A stretch of 41,971 nucleotides of DNA, filler included, from an uncultured virus (IMG/VR IMGVR_UViG_2061766007_004303) (3 parts of one record of this genome joined end to end with filler, not necessarily neighbours in it); one strand, 5' to 3'; positions 17,926-27,140 are shown, counted from the whole stretch's first letter. Numbers and translations: made by a program. The notes: generated from the sequence alone by a model not told the origin.

Positions 17926-18442
17926 TGCTTTTTCCAAAAAGTCAATTCCTTTTAAGCAGAAAAAAGAGATTATTCTTCCGAACTCAAACGTGGTGGGCAG
18001 CGGCTGAAAAGACAAATAGAATTTGTGCATTCAAAAAAGTGTGCCCTCATCAAATTATGCGAAACATCGCTGAATTATGCCTCTGTCTGCGGTCTTGTGA
18101 TAAGGGGCGCATGTTTCAAATCGAAACGATTATTTAGCACCTCAATTTTCGGCCGTTTGACCCCCAAAAAGTCCAAAGCAGTGAGAAAATAATAAGGACA
18201 TGCTGATTCTGAAAAAAAAGGAATATTTATGTTTTTTGACTGGATTTATCAAACAAACATGCTCCCCAGATTAAGTTCGATTTAAGTTCGATTATTCTCG
18301 AAAAACGACTGGCTATTCGCGAATAGTACGCTTNNNNNNNNNNTTTCGTTATGTTACGAAGAGGAACAGGCTGTTCTATCGACATGTTTCTCTCNNNNNN
18401 NNNNATTGAAACAGTTGAACTTAGATCGAGGAGAAAACGCAA

Positions 18443-18619
18443 ATGAAAACCAGAGTCTGCCGTCGATGCAGAACGCGCGTGAAGAAATCGTTTGTAGTGG
18501 GCTATCCGTGGTTCTGCCCGGAACACTATGAAGATTTGTTCGAATTCGAAACCGAAGTCATCGAGGTTCCTGACCGGAAGCCTCGCCGCAAGAAGCACAA
18601 AGCAAGGAGGAGCAAATGA
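18443..18619 (+). CDS. Small Zn-ribbon protein
   Basis: GAGGAG RBS; MKTRVCRRC...YPWFCPEH; ATGA overlap with 18616. Confidence 0.75.
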   Translation: MKTRVCRRCRTRVKKSFVVGYPWFCPEHYEDLFEFETEVIEVPDRKPRRKKHKARRSK

Positions 18620-19101
18620 GCACGAATGCAGCAATCGGGATGACGATGCCCGACGGAACAATCAAGGCCGTCTATCTGCATTGGGACGGGTACATCGCCC
18701 ACGGCGGAGCCGGAGAAACCCTCGCGGAACATTACAAAGAGCGGGAGAAGGTCGAGAAGCTCATCGCCCTTGGCTTCCTGAGCTCGCTCGGCACAGAAGT
18801 CGAGCCGGATCCGGCATCCCCGCACTCATGGTCGAATCCGCAGCAAGGCGTCACCGTGGCCTACCACCGCGACCGCAAGGGGCCGCTTCGGTCTGCAATC
18901 GAGTTCAAGGACAGAGATTCGTTCGCGGAAGAGGCGAAGGGGTGCTTATGGGCTGAGTACGCCTATCTGTTCGAGGACGGACGCTGGCTGGTGTGCGACC
19001 TCCACCTCAGCGCGAAGCCGTGGAAGTGGAAGGTGCTGTCGGATGTTCTGAAGCAAATGGCGGAAAACCAATCGGAAAAGAACAATGAAACTGATAGTTG
19101 A
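18616..19101 (+). CDS. Phage-type hypothetical protein (YLHWDGY family)
   Basis: Paralog or variant of 17153-17593. Confidence 0.85.
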   Translation: MSTNAAIGMTMPDGTIKAVYLHWDGYIAHGGAGETLAEHYKEREKVEKLIALGFLSSLGTEVEPDPASPHSWSNPQQGVTVAYHRDRKGPLRSAIEFKDRDSFAEEAKGCLWAEYAYLFEDGRWLVCDLHLSAKPWKWKVLSDVLKQMAENQSEKNNETDS

Positions 19102-19568
19102 AAACCTCTACGGGTACACTCCCGCCTACGGGAAAACCAACTGGAGCATAATTGTCGAGGCANNNNNNNNNNNNNNNNNNNNNNNNNNNNNNNNNNNNNN
19201 NNNNNNNNNNNNNNNNNNNNNNNNNNNNNNNNNNNNNNNNNNNNNNNNNNNNNNNNNNNNNNNNNNNNNNNNNNNNNNNNNNNNNNNNNNNNNNNNNNNN
19301 NNNNNNNNNNNNNNNNNNNNNNNNNNNNNNNNNNNNNNNNNNNNNNNNNNNNNNNNNNNNNNNNNNNNNNNNNNNNNNNNNAAGAAGAGTGAAGGGTTGA
19401 GGCAAACGCGATAAAACAACAGAATGGGCTAGGCTTCATGCTTGCAAGTATTGGATCAAAACAACGGCAGGTTTTGTGGTTTTTACCTTGAAATACAGCC
19501 AAAGACTGCTATATTATCGTTGGACCGTTATCCTGACAACAAAACGTGTCCAACAGGAGCCATACGTT

Positions 19569-20786
19569 ATGACAAGAAAATCAATGGATGATGATATCCT
19601 GAGACACAAAATTGTTTCCCTGCTGAAAGAATCCGGGGCATCTTCTTCTGATGCGGACTTGAATAACGCAGTAATGAATATGCTCAGAATTCTCCCGCCG
19701 CCTGTTGTGAAACTTGATGCGATGGCTTCCCTTCCTGTGCAAACCTCTGTAGGAAATAATTGTATTCCATACCCATCGCCAACCAAATACGATTTTACAT
19801 TCATTGACCTTTTCGCAGGAATCGGAGGTTTTCGCCTCGCATTTCAGAAAGCGGGCGGCAAAAGCGTTTTCAGCTCAGAGTGGGATGAAGCTGCTCAGAA
19901 GACGTATGAAGCGAATTATGGCGAAATACCTGTAGGCGATATTCGCGCGGTCGACAAAGACGCTATTCCTGAACATGATGTCCTTTGCGCTGGATTTCCC
20001 TGTCAGCCATTTTCTCTGGCCGGAGTTTCCAAAAAGAACTCCATGGGCAGAGCAACAGGCTTTGATGATCAGACACAGGGAACACTTTTCTTCGAGATAA
20101 AAGAAATCCTGGCAAGGAAACGTCCTGCAGCATTCATGTTGGAAAATGTTAAAAATCTGTTCCGACATGACCAAGGCAGGACATTTGAGATAATCAGAAA
20201 GACGCTTGAAGATGACCTTGGTTATATTGTAAACTGGAGAATTGTTGATGGCAGCAAATGGGTTCCTCAGCATCGGGAACGACTCTTTATTGTCGGCTAC
20301 AACCCCGACTTGATTGATATTAAGAAAGAGGAAATCATTATTCCCGTTGAACCTCATCCAGAGGAAAGATTTGTCAGAAAGCAGCTGCGGGACATCGTGC
20401 TTCCTCATGTTGATGGATACACTTTGGGGCCTGGCACATGGGATACATTGGAAAGACACAAAGCCCATCATGAAGCAGAGGGAAATGGTTTTGGCTATGG
20501 GTTACACACCCTTCCGATTAAGGAAAACGAGATAACAAGGACAATTTCGGCCCGTTACCACAAAGATGGAGCAGAAATTCTTATTGAACAGCCGGGGAAC
20601 CGTCCGAGACGGCTCACTGTTGAAGAGGCAATGCAATTACAGGGATATGATCCCAAGCATTTTCTCTTCCCCGTTTCCAAAACACAGGCGTACAAACAAA
20701 TAGGTAACAGTGTTGTCTGGCCTGCAATTCATTCTTGTGCGCTGGAAATAGCCAATATCCTGAAAAACCGGAGAAAAACAAAATGA
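19569..20786 (+). CDS. dcm: C5-cytosine DNA methyltransferase, Dcm/M.EcoRII-like
   Basis: Motifs FIDLFAGIGG, GFPCQPFSLAGVSKKN, ENV, QHRER, SARYHKDGAEILI, YKQIGNSV; CAGGAG RBS before ATG 19569. Confidence 0.95.
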   Translation: MTRKSMDDDILRHKIVSLLKESGASSSDADLNNAVMNMLRILPPPVVKLDAMASLPVQTSVGNNCIPYPSPTKYDFTFIDLFAGIGGFRLAFQKAGGKSVFSSEWDEAAQKTYEANYGEIPVGDIRAVDKDAIPEHDVLCAGFPCQPFSLAGVSKKNSMGRATGFDDQTQGTLFFEIKEILARKRPAAFMLENVKNLFRHDQGRTFEIIRKTLEDDLGYIVNWRIVDGSKWVPQHRERLFIVGYNPDLIDIKKEEIIIPVEPHPEERFVRKQLRDIVLPHVDGYTLGPGTWDTLERHKAHHEAEGNGFGYGLHTLPIKENEITRTISARYHKDGAEILIEQPGNRPRRLTVEEAMQLQGYDPKHFLFPVSKTQAYKQIGNSVVWPAIHSCALEIANILKNRRKTK

Positions 20787-21194
20787 GCTTCGAAATGCGA
20801 TTAAAAAACATTTCGTTGACTCAATTTTTAGAAATGCTTGACTACGAGCATTTCTTTTGGCTTATTAAGCGATTGTCCGGGAATGACACGGGAATTACAG
20901 GTGGACATCAGTCCGGCGTGTATGTCCCTCGTCAATTCATGGAAGCAATAGTTCCGACAATTGTTACCACAGACCAGTACAATCCGACTCAGGAAATTTC
21001 CTGCTACATCCCAAGCCACGACTGTCTTAAAACCGGAATTCAGGCGAAATACTATAACAACAAGTTTTTTCCTGAACGCGAGCTGAAAAAGAAATATGAT
21101 GAATTTCGTTTGACTCGCTGGGTGGGAACTCCTTTGCAGGATGTCGAAAATACAGGAAGCATCTGCATACTGGCGGGGAAATATGTAAACGGCG
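20783..21194 (+). CDS. EcoRII-like type IIE restriction endonuclease, N-terminal effector domain, 3'-partial
   Basis: IKRLSGNDTGITGGHQSGVYVP...YYNNK...E.RLTRW...PLQD.ENTG; ATGA overlap with the methyltransferase. Confidence 0.85.
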
Positions 21195-21204
21195 NNNNNN
21201 NNNN

Positions 21205-21341
21205 ATGCCGTATTTCTGCTGGAACGCGTAACAGAACACGGTCGCCTGAAGATCACGGTCGGCTTTTCCCTTCGGCCAGTTCATCGCTGCTGTTTTCCAA
21301 TCGCAGATGGTTTCGTCTCCACCGTCCACGGTAACGAGGTC
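21205..21341 (-). CDS. PD-(D/E)XK nuclease fragment
   Basis: DLV...ICDWKT......ADRDLQATVFCYA, i.e. D...D.K plus a Q....Y motif; isolated between gaps. Confidence 0.55.
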
Positions 21342-21351
21342 NNNNNNNNNN

Positions 21352-21805
21352 TTTTATCTGTTTTTTTGCTGTTCAAATTCAGCCAGTTTAAAAACTGCTC
21401 TTTAATGAAATCCCTCGGCTGATAGAAGAAATCGCTGTTGTAGTTGGAGATATCGTCGCTGATTGGGGATGTGTAAACCTTAAATAAAGCATCTATTATG
21501 TCTCCTTCCTCGACATCTTCAATGAGCCTGGAATAGACTTTTCCAATCGTCCAGTAGCTCGGCACATCGTATTTGCACAAGGAAACATTATCAAAGACGC
21601 CTTGAGGGATTTTGGTCAGTTCTATAAACTTTTCCGCCGTTTTTGCGATTGGTTCACAATGAAGAATTCCGGCATTGGCGTAAACGTGCGAAACGATCTT
21701 TCTGCCGAGCAATTCCACTGTGGCGGACCGTTTTTGACAGGTCGTCCGTCCAATCAGTTCAATCAAACTGCAGGTAAAGAACAGGTCACTGTCATTCGTT
21801 CTCAT
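21352..21805 (-). CDS. Conserved hypothetical partner of DUF3990, 3'-partial
   Basis: DLFFTCSLIE.IGR...LHCEPI...PSYWTIGKVYSRLI...NYNSDFFYQ; start overlaps the DUF3990 end. Confidence 0.75.
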
Positions 21806-22262
21806 GGATTTCATATCTCCGGAATTCAAGTGTGTTCAGGGCATCTTCAGTGTGAAAACAAATCTGATGCGTCGGCTTTTGAAATTTTGCCAACGCCCAA
21901 AACGCTTCCCGCGAAATTGCACCATCGATGAAATCTTGAATGTAGTTAAAAATCTTGTCATTTGCCATAGGTCCTTCCACAATGTCAAAATCATGGCTGT
22001 CCCCTTTCCGGCAAGCGACAATGAAATCAAGCCATTCTTCTGTCATTTGCTCGAACACTTTAGTCCGCAAACTCGGATTCGGGTGGTAAAAGAACTCGCT
22101 GACGTATCCGGCACCGGGGAACCGTGTGGCCCAGCGGACGGCCTGTTCTTTCATAATCGTGCAATAGAACCCGGAGGAGAAATCCTTGTTGAATCTTGAT
22201 TGCCGAATTTCCGGATGGGTTACGATTTCCTGACTGCCGTGATAAATGATGCGTTGTTCCAT
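21792..22262 (-). CDS. DUF3990 family protein
   Basis: IYHGS...KDFSSGFYCT...QA.RWA...EEWLDFI..CR....HDFDIVEGPMAND...THQICFHT..AL..L.F. Confidence 0.85.
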   Translation of the reverse strand: MEQRIIYHGSQEIVTHPEIRQSRFNKDFSSGFYCTIMKEQAVRWATRFPGAGYVSEFFYHPNPSLRTKVFEQMTEEWLDFIVACRKGDSHDFDIVEGPMANDKIFNYIQDFIDGAISREAFWALAKFQKPTHQICFHTEDALNTLEFRRYEIHENE

Positions 22263-22264
22263 TG

Positions 22265-24817
22265 TCACTTTCCTCCAAGCAGTTTCTTGAACTCAGCGAG
22301 TCCGCTCATGTCATCGTCCGAACCCGTCAACTGGTCCAACATAAGAGAAAGCTCGGATTTGGTCTTCTCGATCTGCTGTTCCAGTTGCGGCAGCGTTTCC
22401 GTGTACTTTTGAGAAAGTGCCTTGATTTTCTGGTTCAGTTCTGCAATGATGCGGGCGGGCAAGGTATGGATCTGTTTCACAAGCGGATGGACCCATTTCA
22501 CTTCCAGAAGCATATCAATCTGTTCTGGCGTCAGTTTTTCTATCGTCTCTTTCGTTTTGTTCTGCAATGCTGCCGTATCTGTTTTCAGTGCCTTTTTAAG
22601 GGTCTTTTCGCGATTGATCAAGGCATCAGCTTTTTTTAGAACAGCAAGCAGCTCTGCTTCCTCTGTTTTTTCTTTGAGAGCCTTTTTGACTTCCGCAGGA
22701 ACGAAATCATTTTTTTCGGCATCAAAGAAATCGCCATTCTTATCTTCTTCGCTCATTTCTTCAACCAGCTGTTCGTGTTCCGAAACGACTTCGGCCAATT
22801 CATTTTCCTTTTGTTTCAAAGCGTTTAGATCATCCGGCAGCAATTGTTCTTGAATCAATGCAAATGGCATGATGCGTCCAACCCAGCCGTCCTGAACTTC
22901 CTCATCCTTTCCGTCCTTTTTCTTGAGGACCATATTGGGGTCGACTTTGGTGGCGGCTTCCATGCCTTCCGTTTGGAATATTTCCAAATCCACGGCGATC
23001 TTTTTCCATTCGTCATCCAGCAATTGGAATGCCTCGTATTTGTCAATCAACGGAATATTCGCAAGTCGGGAGAAAATATCCTTGCTCAGGATTGATTCCT
23101 CATGAGGAATCACCAAATCGCTGATTTTGCCAAGCAACTCTTTTTTCAGGTAAGAACCGAATCCCGCAAAAGCGTCTGCAAAGTGTTGATTGAAGCCTTG
23201 GACGGCAGAATGATTCTGGAATGCCGACTCAATGTCATCTGTCGCCAAGCTTGCGTAATGTCCATCCCCTGTGAAAAGGGTCTCCCGAAGTCCCGGCAGG
23301 GCGGACCAGTAGGTGTTAAGCTCATCAATCTCCGTCTTCGGTATACCGCCAAACATCAGAGCGTGGATATCCCAATGCTCTGCTCCAGAGTCCTTGTCAA
23401 TATACCGGGGGATATTCAAATTGTAGTCGTTCATACGGATTTCCTGCAACTCAACGGAGCGAGAGTAGCCCGGCGTGGTAATCCTGCCGATTACGGTGTC
23501 AGCAATCCGGCGAATATCCGATGCCCGGAGCTGGTTGCTCTTCCCGACCTTTTCATATCCGGCAGAGGCGTCAACAATCATCACGTCTGTGTTCGGACGA
23601 TTCTTTTTCAAAACCATGATGATGGTCGGGATGCCAGTTCCAAAGAAAATGTTTGCAGGCAAGCCGATGATTGCATCAATGTGATTGCACTCCAAAAGTT
23701 GCTTGCGGATTTGCCCCTCGGAATCGCCTCGGAACAGGACCCCGTGCGGAAGGACAATTGTCATAATCCCGTCAGGCTTGAGGTGGTAGAGGTCATGAAG
23801 AAGGAAAGCGTAATCCGCCTTGGATTTTGGAGCGACTCCGAAATTGGAAAACCTCACGTCATGTTCCTTGTTTTCCGGGTCCCAATGCTGGGAATACGGA
23901 GGATTGGACACTACAGCATCCACATACAGTGGCTCGTAGGTTCCGGCAGGATCGCTGTCTTCAAAGTACGGCCAATCTTCCTCCAATGTGTCGCCGTTGC
24001 GTGTAACGATGTTGCCCGGCAAAATCCCGCGCATGACAAGATTCATGCGAGTAAGGTTGTAGGTGTTTTCCTTCAATTCTTGAGCATAATACTTGATTTG
24101 ATTCTGACCGGACATATACCGGGCTACGGAGTGTCCAATATTGATAAGTAGAGAACCGGAACCGCTCGTCGGGTCGTAGATTTTGATCTGCGTCCGATTT
24201 TTCAGGTGGTTAGCCACGATTTCCGACATCAGGATGGAGACCTCATGGGGGGTATAGAACTCCCCGGCTTTCTTTCCTGCGTTGGCGGCAAACATGCTGA
24301 TGAGATACTCATAGATGAAGCCGAGCACATCATAGTCTTGTTTCCCGTTCATCGGAATGTCTTTAATCAGCTGAAGCAGAGAGCTGACTGCCTTCGTCTG
24401 TGAGGCCGAGTTTTCTCCCAGCTTGCTCAGACCTGTTTCCAAGGTCTTAAAGATACCGCTGAATACTTTTTTGTGGGAGGCATTGATGAGTCGGCTGAAT
24501 GCCGAAAGAGCGTCGCGGACGTTTGAGATATCGAAATCACGCCCCATTTCAAGCCATGTGGAAAACAAATCTTTGTATGCTATGAAATACCCGATGTTCC
24601 CCTGAATGAAGCTCATGGCGTCCACGTTGGATTCATCCAGCGCCCGAATATCGTCTTCGGAAAAGTCATGTTCACGTGCATATTTAAGTTCAAGTTCGGA
24701 AAGAAATTTGTAAAAAATGAAGCCGAGAATATAGTCCTTGTACTCATTTGCTTCGATTTTTGAGCGAAGTTTGTTGGCGGATTCCCATATTTTGGATGCC
24801 AGCTGTTGTTTGTTCAT
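22265..24817 (-). CDS. hsdM: Type I restriction-modification methyltransferase subunit (long form)
   Basis: IWESANKLRS, GEFYTP, YDPTSGSGSLL, VSNPPY, PHGVLFRG, YNLNIPRY. Confidence 0.95.
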   Translation of the reverse strand: MNKQQLASKIWESANKLRSKIEANEYKDYILGFIFYKFLSELELKYAREHDFSEDDIRALDESNVDAMSFIQGNIGYFIAYKDLFSTWLEMGRDFDISNVRDALSAFSRLINASHKKVFSGIFKTLETGLSKLGENSASQTKAVSSLLQLIKDIPMNGKQDYDVLGFIYEYLISMFAANAGKKAGEFYTPHEVSILMSEIVANHLKNRTQIKIYDPTSGSGSLLINIGHSVARYMSGQNQIKYYAQELKENTYNLTRMNLVMRGILPGNIVTRNGDTLEEDWPYFEDSDPAGTYEPLYVDAVVSNPPYSQHWDPENKEHDVRFSNFGVAPKSKADYAFLLHDLYHLKPDGIMTIVLPHGVLFRGDSEGQIRKQLLECNHIDAIIGLPANIFFGTGIPTIIMVLKKNRPNTDVMIVDASAGYEKVGKSNQLRASDIRRIADTVIGRITTPGYSRSVELQEIRMNDYNLNIPRYIDKDSGAEHWDIHALMFGGIPKTEIDELNTYWSALPGLRETLFTGDGHYASLATDDIESAFQNHSAVQGFNQHFADAFAGFGSYLKKELLGKISDLVIPHEESILSKDIFSRLANIPLIDKYEAFQLLDDEWKKIAVDLEIFQTEGMEAATKVDPNMVLKKKDGKDEEVQDGWVGRIMPFALIQEQLLPDDLNALKQKENELAEVVSEHEQLVEEMSEEDKNGDFFDAEKNDFVPAEVKKALKEKTEEAELLAVLKKADALINREKTLKKALKTDTAALQNKTKETIEKLTPEQIDMLLEVKWVHPLVKQIHTLPARIIAELNQKIKALSQKYTETLPQLEQQIEKTKSELSLMLDQLTGSDDDMSGLAEFKKLLGGK

Positions 24818-24967
24818 ATTTTATCTCCGATAGCTTGTCTGTACGACATGAGCGTGTTCGTGTTGATATGATAATTTAGCAGACCTTGCCTTTTTATTCA
24901 AGCCGACTACTGGCGTTTCCGATAAGTTTTCTTTTGAATTCACTCAATGACCCGGCAAGATTCATGA

Positions 24968-25501
24968 TCAGTCCTCCGCTGGAATGGTGAGTTCAACTTC
25001 TGTCCGCGCTATTTCTTTCCTGTGTTCCCGGACGAATTTGCGGATTTCCTTTTCGGTTTCAAAACGGATTTCCCTACCATCCTTCATAACCGCCCAATAG
25101 CATTCGATTCTTTCTCCGGGCTCGGCAGGATTCAAAAAAGAGGCGATCTCCTTTTCATAGGCGGTCTTCTCGCGTTTTAAGGCTGCCGCCGACAATTTCG
25201 GCGCTATTTCCTGTGCATTCGGATCATAGTCTACCTCAATCCACACGACTGCTCCCGATTTCCCTTTGAATGGCAGCGGCGTTTTGTAGCGTCTTGGATT
25301 TGCAAGAGTCCATTCGAAGAACTGAAGCTCATCGTTCCAACTGCATCCAACAATTTCCACGTCACCGATTACGGTTCCGCTCATGCTCTGGATAATACCG
25401 ATTCGACCGCGAATGTTGGTCGCCTTGGATCTGTACTCTATAGCTTTTGCTCCATCTACAATCCAACCAGCAAAGGGCGGTCTGACCAAAAGGCATTTCA
25501 T
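24968..25501 (-). CDS. ASCH domain protein
   Basis: L.VRPPFAGWIVDGAKAIEYRS...IIG.VEIVGC...W.LANPRR...PLPFKG; AGGAGG RBS. Confidence 0.85.
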   Translation of the reverse strand: MKCLLVRPPFAGWIVDGAKAIEYRSKATNIRGRIGIIQSMSGTVIGDVEIVGCSWNDELQFFEWTLANPRRYKTPLPFKGKSGAVVWIEVDYDPNAQEIAPKLSAAALKREKTAYEKEIASFLNPAEPGERIECYWAVMKDGREIRFETEKEIRKFVREHRKEIARTEVELTIPAED

Positions 25502-25619
25502 TGTTCAAGTTCCTCCTGTTATGAAATTCTGTTGTTGAGGTGTGACGGCAGCCACCCGACCACCACCTGCTTGGTNNNNNNNNNNNNNNNNNNNNNNNNN
25601 NNNNNNNNNNNNNNNNNNN

Positions 25620-25631
25620 TTAATTAATTAA
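25620..25631. other. Artificial contig-joining linker
   Basis: TTAATTAATTAA isolated between long N runs. Confidence 0.9.
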
Positions 25632-25734
25632 NNNNNNNNNNNNNNNNNNNNNNNNNNNNNNNNNNNNNNNNNNNNATTCAGAAGGATTTCCAGTCAGAAA
25701 CAACCCTTTATCGATTTTCTTCGACATCTTTCGC

Positions 25735-26148
25735 TTATTTCTTCGTCCCCACAGTTTTTCCCGTCGCATCGCGGTAGGTTGTGCCGTTCCCCGAATTTGT
25801 CGCTGTGCCGGAAGTCTTGCCTGTCGCATCGCGGTATGTGGTCTTGTTTCCAGACTCTGTGGCGGTCCCCACGGTCTTCCCGTGGGCATCGCGGTAAGTC
25901 GTCTTATTCCCGCTCTCTGTGGCCGTTCCTACGGCCTTTCCTGAGGCATCACGGTAGGTGGTCTTGTTCCCATTCGTGGTGGCTGTGCCAGTCACTTTGC
26001 CGTGGGCATCCCTATAGACGGTCTTGTTCCCGTCTGTCGTAGCTGTCCCAACGACTTTCCCGTGGGCATCGCGGATCGTTTCGCGTTCGGTGCAGAACGC
26101 GACTGTGGTCAGCAGGAGAATGATTGCGACAAAGCATGATTTGAACAT
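25735..26148 (-). CDS. Secreted protein made of 18-aa repeats (TYRDAxGKxxGTATxxGNK)
   Basis: Hydrophobic signal peptide followed by about six 54-bp repeats. Confidence 0.8.
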   Translation of the reverse strand: MFKSCFVAIILLLTTVAFCTERETIRDAHGKVVGTATTDGNKTVYRDAHGKVTGTATTNGNKTTYRDASGKAVGTATESGNKTTYRDAHGKTVGTATESGNKTTYRDATGKTSGTATNSGNGTTYRDATGKTVGTKK

Positions 26149-26163
26149 GGTCAATTCCTTTCT

Positions 26164-26693
26164 TCAAAAAAGTTTCCGGCGCACATTTTCGAGCGGCATT
26201 TTCTTTCCATGTTTGAGCGCGATGGTATATCCGTCATCAAGGACAGAGGTCAGTTTGCTCCAAAGCTCCATCGGCGGGAAGCCGTTCATTCCGCAAATGC
26301 CCTTGACCTGTTTTTTTCCATCAAACAGATTCAGCGACCATGAACGCCCATCAAGAACCGCGATTCCGGCTGGCGGCTCATAGGTTTCCGACCAGTCAGC
26401 CAGTTGACACAAGGCAAGTCGTTCCTTGAAAGCGGAACACTCTTTTTGCGTGATACAGCACGAAAGAAGTCCCTCGCTGTACAACAACTCAAGTTCGCAC
26501 TTGTCGAAATTGATTGTCAGGGTTCTGCCGATAACATCCGGCCAGTTCTTTTCATGGAAAACGAGTTTGTTGNNNNNNNNNNCCCCTCGCTGTACAACAA
26601 TTCAAGCTCGCACTTGTCGAAATTGATTGTCAGGGTCCTGCCGATAACATCCGGCCAGTTCTTTTCGTGGAAAACGAGTTTGTTGAAGTTCAT
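26164..26693 (-). CDS. Hypothetical protein (5' end duplicated across a gap)
   Basis: GGAG RBS, MNFNKLVFHEKNWP...; W.ETYEPP....LDGRSWSL motif. Confidence 0.65.
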
Positions 26694-26764
26694 GCTTCAA
26701 TCTCCTTGCGATTTCGGTGTTAATATACCATGAAGTTCGCGTTTTTTCAAACGATATTCATTGA

Positions 26765-27106
26765 TCAAGAATGACCGTTTTTGTCTGAGGCGCTTTTGTT
26801 TTCTCCTTCCTCTTTGTCGAGAACTCCGCTTCTCGCTACGATTTCCATTGTCGTCATCGCAACAATCCAAAAAATGATCGCTATGATCGCTACTGGCTCC
26901 GGGAAATGATAAATACACAGGATGAGAAGTCCCCAGAAGGCGGCGATAATCGGGAAAAGAGACTTGATCCCAACAATGATAAACACAAACAAAGCAAAGG
27001 TTCCCATGTATCCCCAGCCGAGGGCATAAAAAAGAAACATCAGAATGCCGGAAGTCAGAATGGCCCAGACATTCCCGCCGCCCAATTGAATATCTTCTTC
27101 TCTCAT
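26765..27106 (-). CDS. Small membrane protein
   Basis: Several hydrophobic segments; AGGAG RBS. Confidence 0.65.
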   Translation of the reverse strand: MREEDIQLGGGNVWAILTSGILMFLFYALGWGYMGTFALFVFIIVGIKSLFPIIAAFWGLLILCIYHFPEPVAIIAIIFWIVAMTTMEIVARSGVLDKEEGENKSASDKNGHS

Positions 27107-27140
27107 TTTTCAACTCCTGGTTTTGTTGTGTTGTATGAAC

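Noticed and set aside
23102..24151. Long + strand ORF (349 aa) and similar antisense ORFs elsewhere
   Set aside because: Shadow frames opposite well-supported genes such as hsdM, with no motifs or RBS.
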